Source: an uncultured Chloroflexia bacterium
GTDB taxonomy: Bacteria; Chloroflexota; Limnocylindria; QHBO01
Assembly (NCBI GenBank): GCA_963827475.1
Contig: CAWHAZ010000005.1
Span: forward strand, 416,001-480,000
Direction: 5' to 3'
DNA length: 64,000 nucleotides
In this document: piece by piece, positions 9,995 through 19,578 of the stretch
How positions within the stretch are numbered: position 1 is the stretch's first letter
Layout of the letters: each line of letters starts with the position of its first letter
Made by a program: the position numbers and the translations under genes
The notes under the pieces: generated by a model
What the model saw: only the letters and a program-made list of their open reading frames with translations
Databases searched by the model: none
Told to the model about the DNA's origin: nothing

Positions 9995-10906
9995 ATGGCC
10001 AACGGCGACCGGGGACTGGGACGCGTCGGGGTCTGGACCGATCCGGACGCGCTGCCCATCGACGAGCTGCTGCCGTTCGCGGCGCGGGTCGAGCAGCTCG
10101 GCTACGGGACGCTGTGGATTCCGGACGTCGTCGGCCGGGAGCCATTCACCCTGGCGGGGCTGTTGGCGGGCGTGACCTCGTCCATCGGCCTGGGCACCAG
10201 CGTGGTGAACATCTGGGGCCGTGACGCGCAGGCCACCAAGATGGCCGCGCTGACCCTGCAGGAGGCGACCGGCGGGCGGTTCACGCTCGGCATCGGCGTC
10301 TCGCACCACCACCTCGCCGAGAAGGTGCGGGGCCACGTCTACGAAAAGCCGCTGACCCGCATGCGGGAGTACCTCGAGGCGTATCGGTCCGCCATCTACA
10401 AGGGACCGATGCCGGCCGGGATGCGCGAGCCGATGGTGATCCTGGCCGCGCTCCGCGAGCGGATGCTGGCGCTGGCGGCCACCGCGGCCGACGGGGCGTT
10501 CCCGTACCTGGTGACCACCGACCGGCTGGCGTGGATTCGCGGCGTGCTCGACGCCGCCGCCGAGGTGGCGGCCGCCGAACGGCCGGTGCTGGCGGTGAGC
10601 CTCCCGGTCGTGCTCGAAACCGATGCGGCGGCCGCCCGATCAGCCGCCCGCCACTACCTGCTGCCGTACCTGCGGACCCCGAACTACCAGGCGGCGTGGG
10701 CCGAGCAGGGGTTCGAGGCCGCCGACTGGGAGCGGCCGGGGAGCGACCGCCTCGTCGACGCGATGGTGGCGTGGGGCGATCCCGACACGCTGCGTGCCCG
10801 ACTGGGCGAGTCCTTCGCCGCCGGCGCCGACCACGTGGCCATCATCCCGGTGACACCGTCCGGCGACACGGTGGACCTGCCCGTCCTGGAGGCGCTGGCG
10901 GGCTGA
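9995..10906 (+). CDS. LLM-class F420-dependent oxidoreductase
   Basis: VEQLGYGTLW, GRFTLGIGVSH, KPLTRMREYL, AGADHV. Confidence 0.85.
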   Translation: MANGDRGLGRVGVWTDPDALPIDELLPFAARVEQLGYGTLWIPDVVGREPFTLAGLLAGVTSSIGLGTSVVNIWGRDAQATKMAALTLQEATGGRFTLGIGVSHHHLAEKVRGHVYEKPLTRMREYLEAYRSAIYKGPMPAGMREPMVILAALRERMLALAATAADGAFPYLVTTDRLAWIRGVLDAAAEVAAAERPVLAVSLPVVLETDAAAARSAARHYLLPYLRTPNYQAAWAEQGFEAADWERPGSDRLVDAMVAWGDPDTLRARLGESFAAGADHVAIIPVTPSGDTVDLPVLEALAG

Positions 10907-10918
10907 CGACCGCCGGTC

Positions 10919-11467
10919 CTAGGGCTGTGCCTCCTGGGCCGCCTCCCACTCCGGGCGGGTGATGACGTAGCGCAGGACCGTCGTGCCGTGGAGCGTGGCG
11001 TCGCCCCGGAGCGTCTCGCCGAGCTTGGTCGCGACCCGGATGGATGCCGTGTTCTCGGGGTAGATGAGGCTCATCAGCGCGAGGAAGTCGCGGTGGCGGA
11101 ACCCCCAGTCGAGCGCCGCTCGGCCCGCCTCGGTCGCGTAGCCGTGGCCCCAGAACGGTTTGCCGAGCGTGTACGCCAGCTCCGGCCCGGGCCAGCCATG
11201 CGGGAAGTGGATCCCGACCCGCCCCATGAACGTGCCGCTCTCTCGTTCGGTGACCGCCCACGGTCCGTAGCCACGCAGGACCCAGTGCCCGAGCCAGGCG
11301 GCAACCGCCCGCCAGCAGTCCTCGGGTCCCGGGATCGTGCCGTCCCCGATGTAGCGCACCACGTCGGGGTCCTGGAGCAACGCGCAGAAGACCGCGGCGT
11401 CGTCTTCCATCAACGGCCGCAGGACGAGCCGTTCGGTCTCGAGGGTGGGGATGTCGACGACCGGCAT
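10919..11467 (-). CDS. GNAT (RimJ/RimL) N-acetyltransferase
   Basis: LETERLVLR, GHWVLRGYGPWAV, WGHGYATEA, ENTASIRVATKLG. Confidence 0.9.
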   Translation of the reverse strand: MPVVDIPTLETERLVLRPLMEDDAAVFCALLQDPDVVRYIGDGTIPGPEDCWRAVAAWLGHWVLRGYGPWAVTERESGTFMGRVGIHFPHGWPGPELAYTLGKPFWGHGYATEAGRAALDWGFRHRDFLALMSLIYPENTASIRVATKLGETLRGDATLHGTTVLRYVITRPEWEAAQEAQP

Positions 11468-12027
11468 CACCCACCGCTCCCCGCGCGGGCGGACGCCATC
11501 CATTCGGCGCGGCTGATGGCCCACAGGCCGGTGGTTCCGCCACGGAACGCGACCTCGCCGCGGTACGACTCGCCGATCCGCCCGGCCACGGCCTGCGAGG
11601 CGTGGTTGGTGGGATGGATGAGGCTGACCAGCTCGTCCACCTCGAGGTGGACGAACCCCCAGTCCAGCGACGCGCGCGCCGCCTCGGTGGCGTAGCCGCG
11701 CCCCCACCAGGCGGGACCGAGCATCCAGCCGACCTCGGTCCCCGGCCATCCCTCCGGCTCCCACAGCCCGATGCGACCGATGAACGCGCCGCTCTCCCGC
11801 TCCTCCACCGCCCACATCCCGAACCCGCGCAGGGCCCAGTGTCCGATCCACAGCGCGATCGACCGCCAGCACGCCTCGCGCAATGGCGCCCCGGCGTAGC
11901 CCACGAACGGCCCAATGATCGGGTCCGCGGCCATTTCTTCGAGCGCGTCGACATCGGTTTCGCGATATGCGCGCAGCAGCAGCCGGTCCGTCTCGAGGGT
12001 GGGGATCTCCGTGAGCCGTCCTGCCAT
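11467..12027 (-). CDS. GNAT (RimJ/RimL) N-acetyltransferase, tandem paralog
   Basis: LETDRLLLR, GHWALRGFGMWAV, WGRGYATEA, NHASQAVAGRIG. Confidence 0.9.
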   Translation of the reverse strand: MAGRLTEIPTLETDRLLLRAYRETDVDALEEMAADPIIGPFVGYAGAPLREACWRSIALWIGHWALRGFGMWAVEERESGAFIGRIGLWEPEGWPGTEVGWMLGPAWWGRGYATEAARASLDWGFVHLEVDELVSLIHPTNHASQAVAGRIGESYRGEVAFRGGTTGLWAISRAEWMASARAGSGG

Positions 12028-12094
12028 GACCTGACCGCGATGATCGCCGATTCACCCGATCGCGATCGGCCCGCTCGGAGCGTATCCTGACCGC

Positions 12095-13054
12095 GTGACG
12101 GAGCCGAAGCCTTCGCGCGGAAGGAACATCCTCGTCGGCATCCTCGGCGTGTTGGCCTGTATCGCCATCACGCTCTCGGCGTCGATCCTGTGGATCCACC
12201 AGGTCGCGCTGAACACGGACCGCTACGTCACGGTCATCAGTCGGGTGGCGACCGACACCCAGGTCGTCGAAGAAGTGGGCGGTCGGCTGGCCGACCAGAT
12301 CGTCGACCGGGTCGACGACGAGTTCGACATCCCGCGCCTCGTCAGACCACTGCTCCGAGACTGGATCGCGGAGCAGATCGGCGCCTTCATGGGCACCGAT
12401 GTCTTCACCGACGCGTGGGCCGCGGCGAATCGGGTGGCGCACACCGCCGCGGTGGGCCTGCTCCGCCGCGACTCGCCGCTCGACAGCTCGGACGGAGAGC
12501 TCAGCATCAGCGTGCTGCCGGTGGTCATCGTCGGACTGGAACGACTGCAGGAGACCGGGATCCTTCCGGATGACCTCGAGCTGCCCGACCCGTCGGACGT
12601 GGGTGAAGGGGAGGTCATTCGGGAGTTCATCGCCGACCGGCTCGGGATCGACCTCCCGCCTGATTTCGGGGAAGTGCCGCTGGTTCGCATGTCCCGCCTG
12701 GAGTCGGTGCGCCAGCTCGTGCGGAGCTTCGACCTGATCACGGTGATCGGCGTGGCGGTCGCCGTCGTGCTGACGGCGTTGACGGTATGGCTGGCACGCG
12801 ACCGGCGCCGTGCGGTGATGCTCCTGGGACTCGGTACCGCCGCCGCCGTCCTCGTGGTTCAGGTGATCACCTTGATCCTCAGCCAGGCGGTGGAGACCTC
12901 CCTGGCGGACGACGGGACGCCGATCCTGGCCGCCATCGTTGGCGCCCTGATCAGCAATCTGGCCCTGGCCCTGACCGTCGTCCTCATCCTGGGCGTCATC
13001 GCGGCGGCAGGCGCCGTAGCCATGGGCAGACGGAAGCCCGAACCCGCGGGCTGA
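12095..13054 (+). CDS. Hypothetical membrane protein
   Basis: One N-terminal and three C-terminal hydrophobic helices; -10 TATCCT 6 nt upstream. Confidence 0.7.
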   Translation: MTEPKPSRGRNILVGILGVLACIAITLSASILWIHQVALNTDRYVTVISRVATDTQVVEEVGGRLADQIVDRVDDEFDIPRLVRPLLRDWIAEQIGAFMGTDVFTDAWAAANRVAHTAAVGLLRRDSPLDSSDGELSISVLPVVIVGLERLQETGILPDDLELPDPSDVGEGEVIREFIADRLGIDLPPDFGEVPLVRMSRLESVRQLVRSFDLITVIGVAVAVVLTALTVWLARDRRRAVMLLGLGTAAAVLVVQVITLILSQAVETSLADDGTPILAAIVGALISNLALALTVVLILGVIAAAGAVAMGRRKPEPAG

Positions 13055-13064
13055 CCGCGACTGA

Positions 13065-14003
13065 TCAGGCGGCGGGGGCGTCAGGCTCCGGAGTCGTCGA
13101 CTGGGGCGGCTGCGGCGGTCGTGCCGGACGGACGCGCCGGAAGAGCTTCCAGGCCACGAACGCGACGATCCCGAACACGATCAGGGCCGGGATACCGACG
13201 ATGAGGAGCCAGATCCCGGCGCTGACCAGCCACTGGCCGAAGCTGACCAGGGACGCGACTGCCTCCTCGACGATGACCGCCGGGTCGAAGTCTTCTGAGG
13301 CCTGCTGGACCGGCTCGGGGGTGGGGATGATGGAAACGGTGAGCGTCGCCAGGTCGACCGCGTCGGTGTAGTACTCGAGCTGGGCCTCGTAGGCCTCGAT
13401 CTCGCCGCGGACGGCGAACAGCTGGTTCTGGATGGCGAGGATGTCCTCGACCGTCTCGGCCCGGTCGAGCAGCTCGCGGTACTCGGCCTCGGCCGCCCGC
13501 AGGTTCTCCAGGCGGGCCTCGATGTCGATGACGACGGCGGTGACGTCCTCCTCGTTGGTGGCCTCGGCCTTGACCTCGCCGTCGAGCTCGTGAATAGCGG
13601 CGATGGCGTCCTCGAACCGGTCGGCGGGAATCCGCATGGTGAGCGTCGCCATGTCCTCGACCTCGCCTTGGAACGAGTTGCTGATGAACCCGTCCAGCTC
13701 GACGGCCAGGGCGCGAACCTCGCCGACGGTCTCGGGCACGTTCTCGACCTCGACCGTGATCTCGCCGGTGCGGATGATCGACCGATCCGCCTGGCCGGCG
13801 ACGGGGGCCTCACCGGTCACGCCCCCTCCGGTCTCGTCGGCGGCCAGCCCCGGGGCGACCAGCCCAGGGGGGACCTCTCGTGCTTCAGGGTCGACAGCGA
13901 GTCCGCCGTCCAGGTTCTGCGATACGGCCGCCGGTTGGCAGGCGGCGAGGAAGAGCGTGAGGACGGCGAATAGGACCAGGAGCGCGGTGCGTGAGGTCTT
14001 CAC
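13065..14003 (-). CDS. DUF4349-domain lipoprotein
   Basis: Lipobox FLAAC; RSIIRTG, LTMRIPA, EDVT..ID.EARL, L..VRGEIE; C-terminal TM helix. Confidence 0.85.
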   Translation of the reverse strand: MKTSRTALLVLFAVLTLFLAACQPAAVSQNLDGGLAVDPEAREVPPGLVAPGLAADETGGGVTGEAPVAGQADRSIIRTGEITVEVENVPETVGEVRALAVELDGFISNSFQGEVEDMATLTMRIPADRFEDAIAAIHELDGEVKAEATNEEDVTAVVIDIEARLENLRAAEAEYRELLDRAETVEDILAIQNQLFAVRGEIEAYEAQLEYYTDAVDLATLTVSIIPTPEPVQQASEDFDPAVIVEEAVASLVSFGQWLVSAGIWLLIVGIPALIVFGIVAFVAWKLFRRVRPARPPQPPQSTTPEPDAPAA

Positions 14004-14041
14004 GGGATGTGGTCTCCAGGTGGTGGGTTGTCTGCCCCTCA

Positions 14042-14067
14042 GACGCCGCGCCGCCTCCGGCGGTTCC
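14042..14067 (-). promoter_or_regulatory. Putative ECF sigma promoter for the DUF4349 gene
   Basis: GGAACC-N16-CGTC on the minus strand; same motif and spacing at 19853. Confidence 0.6.
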
Positions 14068-14094
14068 CGCGCCGCCTCCCCGTATGATCGGTCG

Positions 14095-15312
14095 ATGGAT
14101 GGCCACGGCCGCCGGCCCCTCCTCGCCCTGATCGGAGCGGTCGCCTGCGCCAGCACCGCGTACATCGCCGTTTTCATCGTCAGCTCGCTGGCGGTTCTCG
14201 AGATCACCGGTTCGGCCGTCGCCGCCGGGCTCCCCAGCGCGCTCGCCGTCCTGGCCACCGCGTTCGGGGCAGTCGCGGTCGCCAATCTCGGCATTCGATG
14301 GAGCCGGCCGATGGCCGTCTCGATCGGGTTCGCGGTGGCGGTCGTTGGCTGTGGCCTGGCACTGGCCGCGGTCGCCTTCTCGTCGTTGGCATGGCTCCTC
14401 GCCGCCAATCTCGCGTTCGGGATCGGGAACGGCGCGCTCCAGCAGACGCGCTACGCGGCCGCTGACTCGGTGCCCACAGACCGGAGGGCGTGGGCGGTCG
14501 GTCTCGCGGTGTGGGGGTCGACGGTCGGAGCCGTGTTCGGGCCGAATCTCCTCGGCCCGGCCGAGGGGCTGGCCGAGACCATTGGCGTCGATCCGCTGAC
14601 GGTCGCCATCGGCATCGTCGCCGCCCTGTTCGGCGCGGCAATGTTGCTGGCACTCCTGGCTGGGCGCTGGGAAGGACGGGTGCCCGATTCGGCAGAAGCG
14701 GGGCCACGAGGGTGGACCGGATTCCAGGTCGGGCCGCTGCTGCGCGACATTCGCCTGCGGTCGGCCCTGGCCGCCATGATCGGCGGGCAGATCGCCATGG
14801 TGCTGGTCATGACCATGACCCCGTTGCACATCCATGGCGGCGGAGGCGACCTGGTGTTCGTGGGCCTGGTGATCAGCGCCCACACGCTCGGGATGTTCGC
14901 GCTCGCGCCGCTGACGACCCGACTCGTGACCATGCGCGGGCCCACGCCGGTCGCCCTGGCCGGAATGGTCGTCATCGTGGCTGCGGTCGTGTTGGCGGCC
15001 GTCGCCCCGCCGCACTCGGGCCCGCTCCTGGCGCTCGGCCTGTTCCTGCTCGGCTACGGCTGGAACATGTGCTTCGTGTCCGGCAGCACGATGCTCGTCG
15101 AGGGCGCGCCGTCGGCGGATCAGACCGCGCGGCAGGGAGCGGGCGATTTCCTCGTGTTCATCTCCGGCGCCTTTGCCAGCCTCGCATCTGGCGCGCTGCT
15201 CGCGGGCGTGGGGTTCGCGGCGATGTCCCTCGTGGCCGGGGCCATCCTGGTCGTGCCGGCGGCCATCATCCTGCGCGAGCGCGGCCGCTCCCCGGAGCCC
15301 GCCAGAGCCTGA
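14095..15312 (+). CDS. MFS transporter
   Basis: About 12 TM helices; RYAAAD, MVLVMTMTPLH, ISAHTLGMFA, LGYGWN. Confidence 0.88.
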   Translation: MDGHGRRPLLALIGAVACASTAYIAVFIVSSLAVLEITGSAVAAGLPSALAVLATAFGAVAVANLGIRWSRPMAVSIGFAVAVVGCGLALAAVAFSSLAWLLAANLAFGIGNGALQQTRYAAADSVPTDRRAWAVGLAVWGSTVGAVFGPNLLGPAEGLAETIGVDPLTVAIGIVAALFGAAMLLALLAGRWEGRVPDSAEAGPRGWTGFQVGPLLRDIRLRSALAAMIGGQIAMVLVMTMTPLHIHGGGGDLVFVGLVISAHTLGMFALAPLTTRLVTMRGPTPVALAGMVVIVAAVVLAAVAPPHSGPLLALGLFLLGYGWNMCFVSGSTMLVEGAPSADQTARQGAGDFLVFISGAFASLASGALLAGVGFAAMSLVAGAILVVPAAIILRERGRSPEPARA

Positions 15313-15320
15313 CCGGCATC

Positions 15321-15348
15321 TGGACAAATCGAACGCATGTTCTAGACT
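15321..15348 (+). promoter_or_regulatory. dnaE2 promoter with LexA box in the -35/-10 spacer
   Basis: TGGACA (15321), CGAAC-GCAT-GTTCT (15330-15343), TAGACT (15343-15348). Confidence 0.9.
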
Positions 15349-15358
15349 GGACCGTCCG

Positions 15359-18300
15359 ATGGTCGGCCCGGACGCGTACTGCGAGCTCCACGTTCACAGC
15401 AACTTCTCGTTCCTCGACGGGGCCAGCCATCCGGAGGATCTCGTGGCCCGGGCGGCCCGGATCGGGATGCCGGCGCTGGCCCTCACCGACCACGCGGGGC
15501 TGTACGCCGCCGTCCGGCTGTGGAAGGGGGCGGAGGCGACCCGGACCGATGACGCCCGCGCCGCGGGCCTCTCCCCGGTGGTGCCGATCCTGGGCGTGGA
15601 GCTGGCCATTCCCCGCGATGATCGCGAGCTGCGCCTGGCGCGGCGCGGGCGGCGCATGGCACTCCCGCTCCGCGGAACGAAGGCCAGCCGCGGCTGGCCG
15701 GGGGAGCACCACGCCGGCCCGGCCCCCGGCGACCACCTCGTCCTGCTGGCCCGCGACCCGGCCGGGTACGCCGCTCTGTCGGGGATCGTGTCCGCCGGCC
15801 ACCTGGCCGGCGAGAAGGCGTTCCCCGTGTTCGAGGCGGCCGTGCTGGAAGCGGCGCTGGACGAGGCGAAGGGTCATCTCATCGGGCTGAGCGGCTGCCG
15901 GAACGGGGAGATCCCGCGGAAGCTGCTGGCCGGGGAGCGGGCCGCCGCCCGTTCGGTCGCGGAACGGTGGGCCCGTCACTTCGCCGACGGGGACTTCTGC
16001 GTGGAGCTGTCCCACCACCTGCTCCCCGACGACGACTGGCTCGTCGCCGAGCTGGCGTCCCTGGCCGACGAGACGGGCCTGTCCACCGTCGTCACCAACG
16101 AGGTCCACTACGCCGAGGCGGCCGGTCATCGGCTCCAGGACGTGCTGGTCGCCATCCGCCACGGCGCCTCCCTCGACGACACGCGCGAGCTCCGCCTCCC
16201 GAATGCCGAATATCGGCTCAAGACCGGACCCCAGCTCGCGCTCCTCGGCGCCGGCCTGCCCGATCCCCGCGCCCGGCGAGCCTGGCACGACGGGATGGCG
16301 CAGGCGGCGACCATCGGTCAGGCCTGCCGGCTGGACCTGGGCTTCGAGCGCTATCGGTTTCCCGGCTTCACCGTTCCCGACGGGGAGACGCCCTTCTCCT
16401 ACCTGTACCAGCTTGCCCATGACGGCTTACGGCGCCGGTATCGGCCCATTACCAAGCAGGCGCTGGAACAGCTGACCCACGAGCTGGGCGTCATCGACCG
16501 CACGAACCTGTCGGAGTTCTTCCTGATCGTGTGGGACCTCATGGAGTACGCGCGGCGGAACAAGATCATCGGCCAGGGGCGGGGGAGTGCCGGCGACTCG
16601 ATCGTGGCCTACTGCCTGGGCATCACCAAGGTCGATCCCATCGAGCACAAGCTCCTGTTCGAGCGCTTCATCAACGAGGCGCGCGCCCTGCCCGACATCG
16701 ACATCGACTTCGACGTGAACCGCCGCGAGGAGGTCATCCAGTACCTCTACCGCCGCTACGGCGTCGACCACGCGGCCATGGTCTGCAACGTCATCACCTA
16801 CCGCGCCCGGTCGGCCGTGCGGGAGGTGGCGAAGGTCCTCGCCTTTCCGCCGGACGTGGTCGACCGCATCGCGAAGGCGCTCGACACCCGGGACGCGTCC
16901 GAGGTGGCCAATGACCTGTCCCTGGATGGCGAGTTCGGCTGGCTGTTCGAGGAGCTGGGCAGCCAGACCGATACCGATGGCGGAACCGTGACCGATGCCG
17001 AGGCGGATCCCTTGGTCGTCCGCAGCAACGACAACACGTGGCACTTCCGCGGCCGTCCGACCCTCCGCCCGGACCTGGCCGCCGCCGAGGCCCAGGCCCG
17101 CGAAGCGGCCGGTGACCATGACGGCCGGCCGTACAGCGAAAGCGGCTGGTACCCGCCCCGCCGGCCGAGCGCCCTCGACCAGTCCACCGTCCAGGTCCGC
17201 CACGAGGGCTGGGAGCGGCAGCGCTACGCGGGCATCACGGCCGGTGACGACCACGAGGGGCACGTGGCGGTGGATCCCGAGAGCGGGATGCCGGTCGAGC
17301 GGCGTCCCCGCCCGCCGGTCGTCACCGAGGCGCCGGTCGAGGAGTCGCCGCCGATCCGGCCGCGGAACCGGTGGCAGTGGCTGCTCGCCCTGTGCGCGGA
17401 GATCGACGGCTTCCCGCGCCACCTCGGGATCCACGTCGGCGGCATGCTCGTGACCCGGACCCCGATCACCGAGCTCGTCCCCATCGAGCGGGCCACCATG
17501 CCGGGCCGGGTCGTGACCGAGTACGACAAGGAGGACGTCGAGGCCCTCGGCCTGGTGAAGATCGACCTCCTGTCGCTGCGGACCCTGGGCGCGGTGTCGG
17601 ACGCCCTGGACCGCATCGAGCGGGACACGGGCCGCCGCCCCGATCTCGACAGCCTCCCCCACGACGACCCGGAGGTCTTCGCGTCGATCAAGACCGCCGA
17701 CACGGTGGGTGTGTTCCAGGTCGAGTCCCGGGCCCAGATGCAGGCGCTGCCCAAGGCCAGCCCGGCGCGGTTCGAGGACCTCGTCGTCCAGGTCGCGATC
17801 ATCCGGCCCGGCCCGGTCCAGGGCAACGCGGTTCACCCCTACCTGCGCCGACGCGCCGGCCTCGAGGAGGCGGTCTATCCCCATCCCAGCCTGCGGCCGA
17901 TCCTGGAGGACACTCTCGGCGTGATCCTCTACCAGGAGCAGGTCATGCAGATCGCGATCACCGTCTGCGGCTACAGCGCGACCGATGCCGACATCTTCCG
18001 CAAGGCGATGGGCTCCCATCGGTCTCACCAGGCCATGCAGCGCGAGCGGGACCGGTTCATTACCGGCGCCTTACGGACCGGTTTGACCGAGGCCGATGCC
18101 GAGGACCTGTTCCGCCGCTGCAGCGCCTTCGCCGAGTTCGGCTTCGCCCGGGCCCACGCCGCGGCCTTCGCCAAGATCACCTACGACACCGCGTGGCTCC
18201 GCCTGCGCTACCCGGCCCACTACCTGGCCGGGCTCCTGAACAACCAGCCGCTCGGGTTCTACTCCCCGGCGACCCTGGTCAACGACGCGCGCCGCCACGG

Positions 18301-19165
18301 CCAGACCATCCTGCCGGTGGACGTGAACCGATCGGCGTGGGAGCACGAGACCGAGCGGCTGGCCGAGACCGGGGACGCGGCCCGCGACTTTGCCGTCCGG
18401 CTCGGGATGCGACAGGTGAAGGGCATCGACGAGGCGGCGCGGACGATCGTCGAGCGCGAGCGAGCCATCGGTCCGTACCGGGGCGTGCGCGACTTCGTGG
18501 CCCGTACCGGCCTGGCCGAGCCGGTGGTCGAACGGCTGGTGGCCATCGGTGCCTTCGACTGGACCGATACGCCCCGCCGCGAGCTGCTGTGGCAGCTGCG
18601 CGCCACCCTGCCCGATGCGGATCCGGATCGGCCCCCGCTGGGCCTGACCGATGCCGCAGCCGGCGAGGTGGGCGCCACCCTGCCACCGATGAGCCGCGCC
18701 GAACGGGTGGCGGCCGACTACCGCGAGCTGGGCCTGTCGCCCTCGACCCATGCCGCGGAGCTGTTCCGCGACCGGCTGACGGAGCGCGGCGTGCTGACCG
18801 TCCGTGGCGCCGGGGAGCAGCGGAACGGGGCCATGATCCGGATGGGCGGGGTGGCAACCTCGATCCAGCACCCGATGACCGCCAAGGGATTCGTCTTCCT
18901 CGCCATCGAGGACGAGACCGGGATGATGAACGTCACCCTCCGTCCCGACGTCTACCGCCGCTTCCGCTCGGTCCTCCACCGCAACCCGCTGCTGGTGGTC
19001 ACCGGCCGGCTCCAGGTCGAGGGGCTGGTCCTGAACGTGGTGGCCACCCACCTCGAGCCGGTGGAGGCGGTCATCGCCGAGCCGGCGGCCGCGGATGCCG
19101 CCTCGCCGGAGCGCGACCGCGAGGCGCGCTTCGACCTCATCCGCCAGCGGCGGATGTTCCGCTGA
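15359..19165 (+). CDS. dnaE2: Error-prone DNA polymerase III alpha DnaE2 (ImuC)
   Basis: ELHVHSNFSFLDG PHP start, GRGSAG, LLFERF, PDIDIDF, FPRHLGIHVGG, KIDLL, OB fold, C-terminal RRMFR; SOS box upstream. Confidence 0.93.
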   Translation: MVGPDAYCELHVHSNFSFLDGASHPEDLVARAARIGMPALALTDHAGLYAAVRLWKGAEATRTDDARAAGLSPVVPILGVELAIPRDDRELRLARRGRRMALPLRGTKASRGWPGEHHAGPAPGDHLVLLARDPAGYAALSGIVSAGHLAGEKAFPVFEAAVLEAALDEAKGHLIGLSGCRNGEIPRKLLAGERAAARSVAERWARHFADGDFCVELSHHLLPDDDWLVAELASLADETGLSTVVTNEVHYAEAAGHRLQDVLVAIRHGASLDDTRELRLPNAEYRLKTGPQLALLGAGLPDPRARRAWHDGMAQAATIGQACRLDLGFERYRFPGFTVPDGETPFSYLYQLAHDGLRRRYRPITKQALEQLTHELGVIDRTNLSEFFLIVWDLMEYARRNKIIGQGRGSAGDSIVAYCLGITKVDPIEHKLLFERFINEARALPDIDIDFDVNRREEVIQYLYRRYGVDHAAMVCNVITYRARSAVREVAKVLAFPPDVVDRIAKALDTRDASEVANDLSLDGEFGWLFEELGSQTDTDGGTVTDAEADPLVVRSNDNTWHFRGRPTLRPDLAAAEAQAREAAGDHDGRPYSESGWYPPRRPSALDQSTVQVRHEGWERQRYAGITAGDDHEGHVAVDPESGMPVERRPRPPVVTEAPVEESPPIRPRNRWQWLLALCAEIDGFPRHLGIHVGGMLVTRTPITELVPIERATMPGRVVTEYDKEDVEALGLVKIDLLSLRTLGAVSDALDRIERDTGRRPDLDSLPHDDPEVFASIKTADTVGVFQVESRAQMQALPKASPARFEDLVVQVAIIRPGPVQGNAVHPYLRRRAGLEEAVYPHPSLRPILEDTLGVILYQEQVMQIAITVCGYSATDADIFRKAMGSHRSHQAMQRERDRFITGALRTGLTEADAEDLFRRCSAFAEFGFARAHAAAFAKITYDTAWLRLRYPAHYLAGLLNNQPLGFYSPATLVNDARRHGQTILPVDVNRSAWEHETERLAETGDAARDFAVRLGMRQVKGIDEAARTIVERERAIGPYRGVRDFVARTGLAEPVVERLVAIGAFDWTDTPRRELLWQLRATLPDADPDRPPLGLTDAAAGEVGATLPPMSRAERVAADYRELGLSPSTHAAELFRDRLTERGVLTVRGAGEQRNGAMIRMGGVATSIQHPMTAKGFVFLAIEDETGMMNVTLRPDVYRRFRSVLHRNPLLVVTGRLQVEGLVLNVVATHLEPVEAVIAEPAAADAASPERDREARFDLIRQRRMFR

Positions 19166-19182
19166 CGGCCCACAATCGGTCC

Positions 19183-19575
19183 GTGGCCGACCATCCGCTC
19201 GCTGAGCCGCTTCGCGAGTTCGCGCTGAGCCTGCCCGAGGCATGGGAGGACCATCCGTGGGGTGAGAACGTGGCCAAGGTCGGCAAGAAGGTGTTCGTCT
19301 TCTTTGGGTTGGCCGACGAAGAGCACCCGTTCGGGATGACCGTGAAGCTGCCCGACTCGTACGACGTCGCGATGAGCCTGCCGTGGGCGAAGAACCCCGG
19401 CTACCGCATGGATCGCGGCCACTGGGTCTGGCTCCATCCGCCGAAGGACGCCCCGCTCGAGATGCTCACCGACTGGATCGAGGAGAGCTATCGGGCCGTC
19501 GCATCCAGGGCGCTGGTCCAGACCCTTGACGCCTCGGCTGAGCCGGACCAGAGTGCCAACACGCAGGAGGACTGA
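19183..19575 (+). CDS. MmcQ/YjbR family DNA-binding protein
   Basis: LSLPEAWEDHPWGENVAKVGKKVF, W IEESYRAVA. Confidence 0.88.
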   Translation: MADHPLAEPLREFALSLPEAWEDHPWGENVAKVGKKVFVFFGLADEEHPFGMTVKLPDSYDVAMSLPWAKNPGYRMDRGHWVWLHPPKDAPLEMLTDWIEESYRAVASRALVQTLDASAEPDQSANTQED

Positions 19576-19578
19576 CCG

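Noticed and set aside
16950-17365. Intein in DnaE2
   Set aside because: No N-terminal Cys/Ser block A, no His-Asn end followed by C/S/T, no endonuclease motifs
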